Positions 1 through 64,000 of a stretch of 64,000 bases of DNA are shown here, one piece after another; the stretch's first letter is position 1, and each line of letters starts with the position of its first letter. The translations under genes and the position numbers were made by a program. Source of the stretch: Tubiluchus corallicola (lineage: Eukaryota > Animalia > Priapulida); assembly GCA_030141605.1 (NCBI GenBank), contig JAQGDQ010000025.1:850907-914906 (forward strand), given 5' to 3'. The notes under the pieces are model-generated. The model worked only from the letters and a program-made list of their open reading frames with translations, had not been told where the DNA came from and ran no database searches.

Positions 1-261
1 ATGTATGTGATGCTTGTGTATGTGGTAGTATAAATTAAGGTTGTGCATGGTTGACCTGTGGTTCTTTTACTATCACTGTTACTGCAGTTCTGTGAATAAG
101 GATTTTTTAGCTTCTCAGGAAATTTAATGATAGAGCTACGTATGCACACATTGTGTCTAATAAATAAAAATAATAGTTTTCATTGCAGTAAAAATTATAG
201 CCACAAAAGACATGCCCAAGATAAAACTGAATTGAGATAATTTTCAAATGTATGTTTACAG

Positions 262-63625
<63,364 letters not shown>

Positions 63626-63705
63626 GTTCGGAAAACTGATTTTGATGTAACTGCAATGAGAGCCATGTCTGCAAAGCCAACCAGTTAGAAAATGACTGTT
63701 TGATT

Positions 63706-63800
63706 ACCCTATCCCTAACCCTAACTTCAATCCCAAACCAAATCCTAATCCCCTTCACGAACCAATTTCTTTTGTGGGGGGGGAATGAAAACTTTAGCCC
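63706..63800. mobile_element. (CCCTAA)n-core element, partial copy 3
   Basis: CCCTAACCCTAA...CTTCACGAAC.AATTT...TGTGGGGG.AAT..AAACT matches the 3' half of copies 1-2. Confidence 0.6.
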
Positions 63801-64000
63801 TAGTTTATACTTACCTAGCCCGGAAAGTTACTTATGGGAGTTTTTCAGTCCTATTATGAAATTAATACTAATCTGTTTGCCACAAATGGATCACCACATC
63901 ACATAAGACACTTTTTGATAATGTATGCTTTTCAAAAACACATTTTACTAGATACTAGATGTGTGCATTAAAAACTTCATGTTTACATGTAGTATAGCTG

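Overview
AT-rich genomic DNA from an animal, probably an invertebrate (species not identifiable from sequence). The whole window lies inside one large + strand gene, an ADGRV1 (GPR98/VLGR1) orthologue. I traced 72 consecutive coding exons by hand (262..63625, about 12.9 kb, about 4,300 aa). Splice phases are compatible at every junction; 70 introns are GT-AG and one is GC-AG. The exons encode a long Calx-beta array interrupted by a LamG/pentraxin domain (exons 7-11), a PAN/apple-like Cys motif (exons 25-26) and about 7 EAR/EPTP repeats (exons 40-45). The start codon and GAIN/7TM region lie outside the window, and exon numbers are window-relative. Introns carry hAT-, Kolobok- and Tc1/mariner-type MITEs, an unclassified 4-copy MITE, small elements with (CCCTAA)n cores, LINE and SINE remnants, and satellites. 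The three most notable observations are a Penelope-like insertion that places a variant hammerhead-ribozyme motif in sense orientation in intron 62, a 5-copy tandem amplification of an exon 3' end plus its splice donor, and all three non-Calx modules sitting in the same Calx-beta loop. Family assignments come from motif recognition, not database searches.
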